Positions 52,641 to 63,690 of a DNA stretch of 64,000 nt are shown piece by piece. A program made the position numbers and the translations under genes. This DNA comes from Octopus vulgaris (Eukaryota), in assembly GCA_951406725.2 (NCBI GenBank), contig OX597829.1, positions 41,602,001-41,666,000 of the forward strand, read 5' to 3'. The notes under the pieces were generated by a model. The model worked only from the letters and a program-made list of their open reading frames with translations. It was not told the origin of the DNA and ran no database searches. Every line of letters begins with the position of its first letter. Position 1 is the first letter of the stretch.

Positions 52641-55197
52641 TCATCATCATCGTTTAACGTCCGCTTTCCGCGCTAGCACGGGTTGGACGGTTTGACCGGG
52701 TCTGGGAAGCCAGGGGCCGCTCCAGGCTCCAGTCTGAATCTGGCAGAGTTTCTACGGCTGGATGCCCTTCCTAACGCCAACCACTCCGTGAGTGGATTGG
52801 GTGCTTTTTACGTGCCACCTGCACAGGGGCCGGAGGGTCCGGCATCGTCACGATCGGTTCGAGCATTTTAACGTGTCAGCGGCACGGGGGCAACGAGGTC
52901 CGGGGTACTTTGGGGATCGGGGTACTTTGGGGATCCAGGGTACTTTGGGGATCCGGGGTACTTAGAATGGGTAGGGGGTATGTGGAATTGCTGCAGAAAG
53001 CAGCCCGGGTCTTTGTAGTCACAGCATATCTCCAGAGATCTCGGTCCTTCGCCATTGCCTCAGTGAGGCCCAATGCTCTGAGGTCATGCTTGACCACCTC
53101 ATCCCATGTCTTCCTGGGTCTACCTCTCCCCCTGATACCTTCAACTGTTTGGGAGTGGCACTTCTTCACACATCTCTCTTCATCCATCCGCAGCACATGA
53201 CCATACCATCGCAAGCGTCGCTCTTGCACACCACATCTGATGCTTCTTATATCCAGCATTTCTCTCAGGATACTTACACTCTGTTTTGCGTGCACACTGA
53301 CACTACACATCCAGCAGATCATGCTAGCTTCATTTCTTTCAAGTCTACGCATGTCTTCTGCAGTCACAGCCCATGTTTCATTACCGTGAAGCTTGGCAGT
53401 TCGCACACATGCATCATACAATCTACCTTTTGCTCTGAGGGAGAGACCTTTTGTTGCCAGTAGGGGTAGGAGCTTTCTGAACTTTGCCCAGGCTATTCGT
53501 ATTCTAGTGGTGATACTCTCTGTGCATCCACCTCCGCTACTAACTTGGTCTCCCAGGTAGCGGAAACTATCAACTACTTCTAGTTTCTCTCCCTGGAGTG
53601 TGATGGAATCTGTTTTCTGAGTGTCTGTTGTGTCTATTGTCCCTGTGCATCTGCCGCACATGAAAGCTATCTTATCTGTTAATTTCCCTTTAATGTTGCT
53701 GCACCTCTTATGTGTCCATAACTTACATTGGGTGCATCTTATGGAGTTTCTACCTGTACCTTTCCTACAGGTTGAGCAGGGCCACCTACCCGAGGGGATG
53801 TGTGCTGAGTACCTCTTGCTGCTTACTAATACTTTGGTCTTTGCTACATTTATTCTAAGGCCCTTTGATTCCAACCCTTGCTTCCACACCCGAAATTTCT
53901 CTTCTAGTTCCGGTAGTGATTCTGCTATGAGAGCTAGGTCATCGGCATAGAGGAGCTCCCAGGGGCATCCCGTTTTGAATTCCTCTGTTATTGCCTGAAG
54001 GACTATGATGAATAAAAGGGGACTGAGGGCTGAGCCCTGGTGCACACCTACTTCTACTCGGAATTCTTCACTATATTCGTTGCCAATCCTAACCTTGCTG
54101 ACAGCCTCTCTGTATAGAGCCTGTACAGCCCTTATTAGCCATTCTTCAATCTCCAGTTTCCGCATCGACCACCAGATAAGGGAACGGGGAACCCTGTCAA
54201 AGGCTTTCTCCAAGTCTACAAAAGCTATGTAGAGGGGTTTATCTTTAGCTAGGTACTTCTCTTGCAGTTGTCGGACCAGGAATATAGCATCAGTGGTGCT
54301 TCTACCTGGTACAAAACCGAACTGCATTTCATCTAAACAAATTCTCTCCCTAATGAGATTGGTTATGACCTTCTCTGAGACCTTCATCACCTGGTCCAAC
54401 AGTTTGATACCTCTGTAGTTATTTCTATCTAGAGCATCACCCTTACCCTTGTAGCAGTTGACTATGGTACTGCTGCACCAGTCATTGGGTATGGCTCCAT
54501 TGTGAACTACCTGGTTTACAATGCGGGTGACTATGGCATGGCCCACATAGCCAGCTGTTTTAAGCATCTCAGCAGTGATTTCTGATAGGCCAGGGGCTTT
54601 GCCTGGTTTTATATCCTTAATTGCCTTATCTACAAGGGAGCTGTCTATTCGGGTAGCTGGTCCCTCTACTGGGTCAACATTTGGCAGGCTCTCCTCCTCC
54701 CATTCATTCTCCTCATTCAGCAGTCTTTCATAATGGCTTCTCCAAGCCTCTTTCTTTTCACTAGTAGTAAAAGCAAGTGCCCCATCATCCATGCGGACAC
54801 ATTTCTCTCCTATAACATCGCTATTTTCTCTGACACACTGTCTGGCAATCCGAAATACTTCAGCTCTTTGATCCTCGCGACGCTGGACATTGGCAAACTT
54901 CTTCTTTTCTGCTACATCTTTGGCAATGTATACCTGCCGCCCAGCCTCCCTTTTGGCTATCTGGTACAGTTCCCTGCTGCCCCCATCCTTCCAGGCTTTC
55001 CAGGCCCGTCTCTTTTCACAGATGGCTTTATCTACTGCACTATTCCACCACCACGTAATTCTAGGTCTGGAAGGGACTTTGCACCATCCACAAACTTGGT
55101 CTGTGGCACTCAACAAGCTGTCCCGTAGGAATTCCCAGCTACCTTCTATGTCTGACGTCTGAAGCTCCTCTTCCCTCTCATCAAATTTCTTGATGAG
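52638..55197 (-). mobile_element. 5'-truncated RTE-clade LINE with uninterrupted RT ORF and (GAT)n tail, inserted in (TA)n
   Basis: The ORF is open from the truncation point (~55197) to 52876. 3' UTR 52638-52875. (TA)n on both flanks. APE domain absent. Confidence 0.92.
52876..55116 (-). CDS. RTE reverse transcriptase (partial ORF2) with an internal PHD-like zinc finger
   Basis: NYRGIKLL, QFGFVPGRST, DLEKAFD, VGVHQGSALSP, YADD, FRYLG, RRLRWYGH, RGRGRPRKTW. Confidence 0.9.
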   Translation of the reverse strand: MLSATDQVCGWCKVPSRPRITWWWNSAVDKAICEKRRAWKAWKDGGSRELYQIAKREAGRQVYIAKDVAEKKKFANVQRREDQRAEVFRIARQCVRENSDVIGEKCVRMDDGALAFTTSEKKEAWRSHYERLLNEENEWEEESLPNVDPVEGPATRIDSSLVDKAIKDIKPGKAPGLSEITAEMLKTAGYVGHAIVTRIVNQVVHNGAIPNDWCSSTIVNCYKGKGDALDRNNYRGIKLLDQVMKVSEKVITNLIRERICLDEMQFGFVPGRSTTDAIFLVRQLQEKYLAKDKPLYIAFVDLEKAFDRVPRSLIWWSMRKLEIEEWLIRAVQALYREAVSKVRIGNEYSEEFRVEVGVHQGSALSPLLFIIVLQAITEEFKTGCPWELLYADDLALIAESLPELEEKFRVWKQGLESKGLRINVAKTKVLVSSKRYSAHIPSGRWPCSTCRKGTGRNSIRCTQCKLWTHKRCSNIKGKLTDKIAFMCGRCTGTIDTTDTQKTDSITLQGEKLEVVDSFRYLGDQVSSGGGCTESITTRIRIAWAKFRKLLPLLATKGLSLRAKGRLYDACVRTAKLHGNETWAVTAEDMRRLERNEASMICWMCSVSVHAKQSVSILREMLDIRSIRCGVQERRLRWYGHVLRMDEERCVKKCHSQTVEGIRGRGRPRKTWDEVVKHDLRALGLTEAMAKDRDLWRYAVTTKTRAAFCSNSTYPLPILSTPDPQSTLDPQSTPIPKVPRTSLPPCR

Positions 55198-55214
55198 TAT
55201 ATATATATATATAT

Positions 55215-55905
55215 ACTAGCAGTATTGCCCAGTGTTGCTCGGGTTTGTAAGGGAAATAACCCTTTCTTTCTTTCTTTTATTCTTTTACTTGTTTCAGTCA
55301 TTTGACTGCGGCCATGCTGGAGCACCGCCTTTAGTCGAGCAAATCAACCCCGGGACTTATTCTTTGTAAACCCAGTACTTATTTTATCAGTCTCTTTTGC
55401 CGAACCGCTAAGTTACGGGGACGTAAACACACCAGCATCGGTTGTCAAGCAATGCTAGGGGGACAAACACACACACATATATATATATATACATATATAT
55501 GACAGGCTTCTTTCAGTTTCCGTCTACCAAATCCACTCACAAGGCATTGGTCAGCCCGGGGCTATAGCAGAAGACACTTGCCCAAGATGCCACGCAGTGG
55601 GACTGAACCCGCAACCATGTGGTTGGTTAGCAAGCTACTTACCACACAGCCACTCCTGCGCCTATATAAGCATTTTTAGAGAGTTACTTCCCTTATATAA
55701 ACCGAGCAAAAAATGCATTAAAAAAAACGAAAAAAATGATGGTAATTTTTTTTTAAATCGTAGACGTGCGCTAATACCCAGAAGGGCTCGATATGAATCA
55801 CGACTATAAGATACCTGCTTTTGGTTAAACTGCACTGCAAAATGTGGGAGTAGTTAGGAATCTAAATCGGAGGAGACAAACTCTCACACAACTTCAGTTA
55901 TATAT
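55215..55905 (-). mobile_element. Non-autonomous Helitron-like element with a nested SINE A (55262-55662)
   Basis: Minus-strand 3' end cccgagcaacactgggc..CTAG-T at 55215-55243. The body resumes after the SINE. Confidence 0.55.
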
Positions 55906-55980
55906 ATATATATATATATTGGAAAACGGACGCTAAACGATGATGATGATGATGATGATGATATATATATATAAATACAT

Positions 55981-56360
55981 AGGCGTAGGAGTGGAAGTGT
56001 GGTAAGTAGCTTGCTTATGAACCACATGGTTCCGGGTTCAGTCCCACTGCATGGCACCTTGGGCAAGTATCTTCTACTATAGCCTCAGACCAACCAAAGC
56101 CTTGTGAATGGATTTGGTAGACAGAAACTGAAAAGAAGCCTGTATGTGTGTCTGTGTGTATATGTTTGTCCCCCCCCCCAACATCGCTTGACAACTGATG
56201 CTTGTGTGTTTACGTCCCTGTAACTTAGCCATTCGACAAAAGAGACTGATAGAATAAGTACTAGGCTTTCAAAGAATAAGTCCTAGGGTCAATTTGCTCG
56301 ACTAAAGGTGGTGCTCCAGCATGGCCACAGTCAAATGACTGAAACAAGTAAAAGAGTGAA
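55981..56360 (+). mobile_element. SINE family A, full copy; others at 16830-17228 (-), 21822-22835 (-, split), 36145-36500 (-), 51627-52025 (-) and 59212-59614 (+)
   Basis: Repeated ~400-bp sequence with a tRNA-like head and common tail. Confidence 0.85.
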
Positions 56361-56389
56361 GAGTAATATATAAACACATCACACACACA

Positions 56390-58255
56390 CAGAACCACAC
56401 TAATAAATTCAGAGTGAAATTAGTATTTCTCAGTTTTCTGTGAATCGATTTTGATAAAACTTTTCCCAGCTGATTTGCACAGTATGGCAACACCTTTGTT
56501 AGGTTTTCATTATTCTGTGTAATGTCCTTTTTTATTTCAGATTCTTCAGTTTTTGGGTAAACCACACTAATAGTGCCTCTCCTCTCTAAGAACAGTGGGA
56601 CATGGAAAAGGCCTTAACAATGAAGAAAAGTCTGTCATCATCAAAGAAAGTGCTAAAGGCATCTCTCTTCATGTCAAGGAAGAAATGATTTGATTGTGGG
56701 ACTTTCGCCAAGGAAGAAACAATCTGACTGTGGGAACTCCAAGACTGTGACAGTTAGGGATTTAAGGAATGTTGTCCTCAAGTTATGTGGGAAACTTGGA
56801 CAAAGAAGCCAAGCTATTTCCACTGCCTCTGGACGTCCTCCTGTACTGAAAACAACCAGAAATTGCATCCTCAGGACTATGGCTTCCATGCATGGACCCC
56901 TGAAACTGCCTCCTTTAACACCTCATCACAAGTGTTTTAGTTTTCATTAGACCCAAAAGTACATGACGTTAGACGGGAGTTGTGTTTTGTTCACTGATGA
57001 AGCCAGGGCGACTCTTGATGGACCTAATGGTTGGGCAAATGTTTATATCTATTTTGGAGATGAATGTTACTAATGTTTATGATGTCAACAACAGGGTGGA
57101 GGAGTCATGTTGTGGGCTGGTATCATTGAGGACTGACTTGTTGGCCCAGTCAGGGTGCCTGAATGGGTTAAAGTGACTGCAACCACCTACTGCAATCTCC
57201 TGAAGGAGGTCTTGGATCCCTGGCTAGATGACATACTGCTGTCACTTCTAAGGAATCTCATATTCATGCATGACAACACCCCCTCCCACTCTGCTAGGAC
57301 CACCCAAACATTACTAGGGTCTTACAGCAGACAAGGTGAAAGGTTTATGGTGTGGCATCTCCGGATCTCAACCCTATTGAAAATTTTTGGTCCATCATTA
57401 AACAAGATGTTTGTGCTGATGGACACCAATTTAAGTCAAAAGATATGTTTTATGGGCGACCATCAAAGTTACAGCAGAGTTACTAATAAGGAATTGAGAT
57501 TCCATGACTAATAGGGTTTTTGAAGTTGTCTGTCAAAATGGCGTTCATGTGGCTAAATAATTCATTGTCAATAAATGTTATAATAATACTATGGTATTCT
57601 GTTAAATATATACTTAATGTATGTTTAATATGTATCATTACCCTTCATTTTCTGAAAAAAAAAAAAAAAAATGTCTAGATAGGCTATTTTCATTCAAAAG
57701 CTATTAAGCATGGGTCACCCAAAAAGTGAAAAATCTGAAATAAAAAAAGAAATCGGAATTGAAATCAAAATTGCTCAAAATACAATGGAAATTGTAGTTG
57801 AGATATCAGTGCAGATGGCACGTAAAAGAACCATCCGAACGTGACTGGTACCAGTGCCGCCCTGACTGGCCTGTGCCGGTGGCTCATAAAAAGCACCAAC
57901 CGATTGTGGCCGTTGCCAGCCTCGCCTGGCACCATGCTGGTGGCACGTAAAAAGCACCCACTACACTCATGGAGTGGTTGGCGTTAGGAAGGGCATCCAG
58001 CTGTAGAAACACTACCAGATCAGACTGGGCCTGGTGCAGCCTCCTGGCTTCTCAGACCCGTCGAACCGTCTAGCATGGAAAGCGGATGTTAAACGATGAT
58101 GATGATGATGATGAAAGGGCATTACACAGAATAATGAAAACATAACAAAGGTGTTGCTATAGTGTGCAAACCAGATGGGTAAAGTTTTATCAAAATCAAT
58201 TCACAGGAAACCAAAAAATCTTAAATTTTACTCCTAAGCTATTAGCATAGTTCTG
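56390..58255 (+). mobile_element. Tc1-like (DD34E) transposon relic with ~185-bp IR/DR-type TIRs; right TIR interrupted by an RTE tail
   Basis: Left TIR 56390-~56572 is the reverse complement of ~57701-57749 plus 58114-58255. Frameshifted transposase motifs VLFTDE, IFMHDNTPSH and PDLNPIENFW. Confidence 0.85.
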
Positions 58256-58319
58256 ACTCTGTGTGTGTGTATATATATATATATGTATATTAATATTTCT
58301 AAGACTCTCTAAAGGAGAC

Positions 58320-58720
58320 TACGGCAGCGGTACTGGGTTTTAATAGTTATTGCCAATTTAACATGGCAGTTCACATCATCATCATCATCATCGTCGTTTA
58401 GCGTCCGTTTTCCATGCTAGCATGGGTTGGATGGTTTTTGAAAACCAGTGGATGTATTCCACTGAATTTAGGTAAATAATCCTTCGAACAGATGGTCAGT
58501 ATCTATGCCTGTTCTACATTGATAAAGGGCAAATACCCTGAAACTAATCTGTAGATGCCAGACCAGCAAGGGGAAGCAGCTGACCTCCCCTGTTAGAAGG
58601 TTATAATGGACTCAAGTTTGTGTCACATAGCTAGCTAGAAGCGATCGCCTCTTGGAGCTAAACAGCAGCATTCATCCTATCTTTCTGGACTGCCATGTTA
58701 GCCTGGTGATAACTATTAAT
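58320..58720 (+). mobile_element. Non-autonomous hammerhead-bearing element related to 30015-30482
   Basis: Inverted repeats 58340-58372 / 58687-58719. Shares the blocks ttcgaac, gataaag.g.aaata.ccc.gaaa, gctaaa..cagca.catt and ggactgccatg with the minus strand of 30015-30482. Confidence 0.65.
58513..58555 (+). ncRNA. Minimal Type I hammerhead ribozyme, U3:A8 core variant
   Basis: tctaca-TTGATAA-aggg caaata ccct-GAAAC-ta-ATC-tgtaga. Perfect 6-bp stem I and 4-bp stem II. Confidence 0.75.
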
Positions 58721-59136
58721 ATATATATATATACGAGCAAAACGCCCCCCACCCCGTCCAATGGACGGTGCTGAGTTGTCAAACGTTTAAACCAAATTTT
58801 CTCAAAACAACTTGTCCGATCGTCCCATAGGCCTCCCCTTTGAGAAACACCGATTTAACCTAAATTTGAGACACCAACAAAAGAAGAAATAAAGATAGAC
58901 TTTCTTTCTATTCCAAGAATAAACGATTTTACAAATGTATGTTCCCATGGCTTTATCAATTGTATTATCACCTGGAATCGATTTTTGTAATTTTTTCAAG
59001 ACTTATACACACCCTGATACCGTCAGTATCTACATATCAAATTTGAGCGCAATCGGATGGAGGATGCCGAGATCCTAGAAGACACACAGACAGACAGAAC
59101 GGATTTTATATAATATATAAAATCCGTTTGTCTGTC

Positions 59137-59190
<54 letters not shown>

Positions 59191-60196
59191 ATGTGTATTT
59201 TATCCATAGGCTCAGGAGTGGCTGTGTGGTAAGTAGCTTGCTAACCAACCACATGGTTCCAGGTTCAGTCCCACTGCGTGGCATCTTGGGCAAGTGTCTT
59301 CTGCTATAGCCTTGGGCCGACCAATGCCTTGTGAGTGGATTTGGTAGACGGAAACTGAAAGAAGCCTGTCGTATATGTGTATATATATGTATATGTATGT
59401 GTGAGTGTGTGTGAGTGTTTGACCCCCTAGCATTGCTTGACAACCGATGCTGGTGTGTTTACATCCCCATCACTTAGCGGTTCGGCAAAAGAGACCGATA
59501 GAATAAGTACTGGGCTTACAAGGAATAAGTCCTGGGGGTTGATTTGCTCGACTAAAGGCGGTGCTTCAGCATGGCCGCAGTCAAATGACTGAAACAAGTA
59601 AAAGAATTAAAGAGTACATCATTTGATCAATTTTATATTTGTTTCCCACACTACCATGTGTTAGACAAATACATATTATAAAAGCATTGCTTTACAGCTG
59701 AATACTTTACCTGTTACTAAACTGTACCTGCTTTTCAAGTAAATGAGTTTTCCTTGTTGAAAGTGCAGAGTTACTGGACAATATGTTGACTGTAAAAACG
59801 GTAATGGACCCTCTGTATGCAGCCCAGTGCTTTTCCATGGGCGCACAGAATATAAACCTTCATATATATATATATACATACACACACATTATATATATAT
59901 ATGGCATGTCCTACGAACCCGGAAAATTTTAAACAGAGAATTACTTACTTGAAAATAAATGTGTTAACATGTGACATTATTGACCGAGGTTACTGTGGTC
60001 TTTTCCGTAGGCTTTTCTTTCCATGGATAAACCTTATCTGCTTCCCCCTTTACACTTTATATCATGACATTTCTGTGATACACGATCCCTATCGATCGAA
60101 AACCTACCCCGATTTTTTTTTTTCTCCCCAAAAAGAAAAGTTCTACTTTGTAATTTGTCCCGTCTGTCTTCAGCCCATTGTGGCTAATAAAGAAAC

Positions 60197-60229
<33 letters not shown>

Positions 60230-61019
60230 TCTATACATATATCTCACATATAAGATATTTGCCCAAGGTGTATACAGTAGGACCAGGACTGGACTGGAAC
60301 TATGTGGTGGCAAAGAAAAGTTAACCATGCAGTTGTGCCTATGCCTTATTTTACATACAATTGGCACATTGGAAATATAATCTGTAATTAGAAGACTTAT
60401 GTCCGAGTTTTCGCAAGTTTAAAACGTGATTTTTTTTTTTGTCTACGTTCCAATGATAGAGCTTTGTATCTTTGTTAGAAACTACTAGCTCCTTCTTCTG
60501 AGTGGCTTCAAATGATAAAAAAAAAAAAAAAAAAAACAGATGAAAATATACATACACAGAAACAGAGAGAAAGATGGACATATATTTGCAAACAAGAAAG
60601 TAAGTACTTGATATATATATATCGTAGAATTTATTTGTCTCCATTAAGTGAACCATTCCATTCTTGCTACTCAAGAGTTTAGAGTTTATTCAAGAATAAA
60701 ACTGGAAAGACAGCAATGCATGAAACTCTGAGTAGCTAGGAAGTAAATCTTTGACTTTATACAAATATATACACATGTGTGTATGTGATTATGTGCATGT
60801 ATACATGTATATATATGTATGGGATTACATACATGTGTACATATATACATATGTGATTATGTGAATGTAAATGTAAATATATATGTGTGAATATGTGCAT
60901 GTATATGATAGTATGCATGCATATGTATGTGTAAAAGAGAAGAAAGAGAGAGAGAGAGAGAGAGAGAGAAAATATTTATGTATTTAACTGTACAAAGTAC
61001 TAAGAACAGACATATAAAC

Positions 61020-62108
61020 AATACTAATTTTTATTCAAAAGATAAAGAATATTATGATCAAACAGCTAGAAATCAGCCATTTTTTTTTTAACGAATTGGT
61101 TATTTTATTTATTTAGAAATCAATTTTATTCATTAAATTCATTTAACACAATATTCTACATGTTTATTTATATTTATTTATATTCTCTTTCTTCTTCCAG
61201 CACTCGACTTCACCTGCTGTTTCATTTATGAATTTTTTTTTTATTTTTTGTAATAATAATAATTTTTTTTTTTTTTACATGTTCATTTATTATTTCTTCA
61301 GTTATACGTATATGCATCGAAGCAGGAACTTCCTGGCAGAGATAAACAGATATACAATGTACCGTTGTTATACACACAGTGTACACTTGATATATACAGT
61401 ATACCTTTGACATATAACAGTGAACCCTTGACATAACTTTTATAATTAAAAAGGAATTTGGAAAATAATGGGAATGAAAACACTAGCCATCCCAACAACT
61501 CCCTTCAATTTATAAGTGATGAGGCTGTTCTCTCCAAATGTTTGTATTCACTCACCAACATGATTAGTCTGTTTGGGTGTTTGTTTATTTTGGGGCAGGG
61601 TTCTTTTTTGCATGGTTTATTTTTATTTTTTTATTTTTTGCTCTTTTAAAGTTAACATGTCTTTAAGTAGTAATAGGTAAAAAAAAAATTTAAGAAAATA
61701 TTTAAAACAAAAAAAGTAACAAAAAAAAAAAATCGTTCGGGGGAATGGAAGTAGTAAATAAGATTGTTATTGTAAAACAAAATAATAATAAAGAAGATTG
61801 AATTGTGTTAAATGATCAGACGAGAAATGATTTTTATAATTATTTTTTCTTTTTTTTTTAATGTCATTATTGCAAAATTTTTGCTTATTTATTATATTGT
61901 TTAATTTCATTTTGTTTTATTTATTCAATCTTATTTTTTATAAATCTTTTTTCATTTTTTTTTCCAAAATTTTATTTGAATTTTTAAAGACATTATTTAT
62001 TGTTTTTTGTCAATTAAGAAGAGCAACTGTCCCTCCCCCATCTCAACTACTCAATTCGTTATATCAAGGGGGCACTATATAACAAAAAAACATGTGACCA
62101 GTTATGTT
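61020..62108 (-). other. Probable 3' UTR of the Rab35-like gene
   Basis: AT-rich stretch without recognisable transposons downstream of the TAG, with several minus-strand AATAAA. The end point is uncertain. Confidence 0.45.
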
Positions 62109-62228
62109 CTAGCAGCACTTTTTCTTTGGCTTTACAGATTTGTTTGTCAAATGTATTCCTTCTTCAGCAACCTTCCTTTGTTGTTCTTTCTTATTTACAA
62201 GAACTTGTTTGGTAATTCCTAAAAACAG
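62109..62228 (-). CDS. RAB35: Last coding exon of a Rab35-like small GTPase (LFLGITKQVLVNKKEQQRKVAEEGIHLTNKSVKPKKKCC*)
   Basis: T-rich acceptor ..tttaaatctgcag|, phase 0. Resembles the Rab35 C-terminus (F..IT..VL..KK...KRKKRCC), with a polybasic tract and CC geranylgeranylation motif. Paralog identity rests on 39 aa only. Confidence 0.75.
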   Translation of the reverse strand: MFLGITKQVLVNKKEQQRKVAEEGIHLTNKSVKPKKKCC

Positions 62229-62238
62229 CTGCAGATTT

Positions 62239-62271
<33 letters not shown>

Positions 62272-62352
62272 TAATTATTTGAGGGAGTAATAATCCTAAC
62301 TTATAGGAAAAAATTCAATTTAGAAATACTAAATCAAATTTCACACAATATA

Positions 62353-62615
62353 ATATAATAAAGAAGATTGAATTGTGTTAAATGATCAGACGAGAAATGA
62401 TTTTTATAATTACTTTTTCTTTTTTTTTAATGTCATTGTTGCAAAAGTTTTGCTTATTTATTCATATTTCATCATCATCGTTTTTTTTTAATTTCATTGT
62501 TGCAAAAGTTTTGCTTATTTATTATACTGTTTAATTTTATTTTGTTTTATTTGTTCAATCTTATTTTTTATAAATCTTTTTTTCATTTTTTTTTTCCAAA
62601 ATTTTATTTGAATTT
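62353..62615. repeat. Local direct duplication of ~61782-61985
   Basis: taataataaagaagattgaattgtgttaaatgatcagacgagaaatg... occurs twice, on either side of the Rab exon. Confidence 0.85.
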
Positions 62616-62913
62616 TATATATATATATAATTTAGAATAGAACATAAAAGAGAGAAGTTAATGATGATATATGATATACACATATAAAAACAATGATACA
62701 ACAGTAATCACAAGAGTAATGCTATAGTAAAAATCCTTCCTGCTATAGGTGTTATGCCTTTAGCAGAAAATTGTGTGTGTGTGTGTGTGGGGGGATTGGT
62801 CTAATGCATCAATCTCAATGCTCAGCTGGTACATATTTTATTGATCCTGATGGGATGCAAAGCAAAGACAATCTCACCAGGGATTTCAACTAAAAATAAA
62901 TAATAATAATAAT

Positions 62914-63090
62914 ACTATATAGGACCGAGGTAACTTATCCAGAAGTTATACACAAATAAATAGAAAAGTGCCATATCATGTGAAATTGGTTGAACAATAT
63001 TTCGACATCTAGCATGCCTTCCTCAGGTTCAAAGTCAGTCTACTTCATTTTTTAAGACTATAGAGGACCGAGGTAACTCATCCAGAAGTT
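62914..63090 (-). mobile_element. Retrozyme-like 143-bp unit with 34-bp terminal redundancy
   Basis: Direct repeats 62914-62947 and 63057-63090 (2 mismatches) enclose a hammerhead. Confidence 0.7.
62990..63032 (-). ncRNA. Minimal Type I hammerhead ribozyme, intact core
   Basis: Minus strand: ttgaac-CTGAGGA-a-ggcat gctag atgtc-GAAA-t-ATT-gttcaa. 6-bp stem I, 5-bp stem II, AUAU palindromic stem III. Confidence 0.8.
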
Positions 63091-63170
63091 GTTGTTGTTG
63101 GTGGTGGTGGTGATGATGATGTTGTTGTTGTTGGTGGTGATGATGATGATGATGATGATGATGTTGTTGT

Positions 63171-63690
63171 AGTACCAGGCAGTGGCTCTCATGGCTTCTG
63201 ATCTTAACTGATTGGAAGTGTTATCATGTACATTGTTTTGTTTTGGTATAAAAAATGGGCTACAGCAAATATTCTGCTCAATACCACAGATTTGCTCGTC
63301 ATTTGTTTGACTGTAATCAGTTGAGCATGTCCCTTAGTGACTGACGATATGTGCATCTCTGATCACGTGCAGAAGTAGTGGGGGAGTATCATAGCCATGT
63401 ATTGAGAGGAATTCTTAGGGGTTTGGATAATTCACCACTGGAAACATGGGTGTTTTGTTTAACATCCTTAAACAACCCTTATTCAGGGACCTTTTGAGTG
63501 GGATGGGCTACTCAACCTGAAGAAAATTCTAACTGGGCCCCACCTGCAAGGTCATGCACTGTTTATCTTGATATGAGATCACCATGTCGTGCACATGTGG
63601 TTGTGATGCATGTGCCTAGTGTACCCTTATCAGACGGGTAGTCATGATGGGTATACTGGGCTTTTACCTCAGGGTCACATTGATGGCATG
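63171..63690 (-). mobile_element. Family D element fused to SINE B
   Basis: Matches 15053-15602. Preceded by (GAT/GTT)n. Confidence 0.8.

Noticed and set aside
59901-60380. 159-aa ORF and a ctgtga..gatc..gatcgaaa motif
   Set aside because: No protein motif, and the ORF runs through (TA)n and SINE sequence. Hammerhead stems I and III are missing. At most a decayed Penelope-like end.
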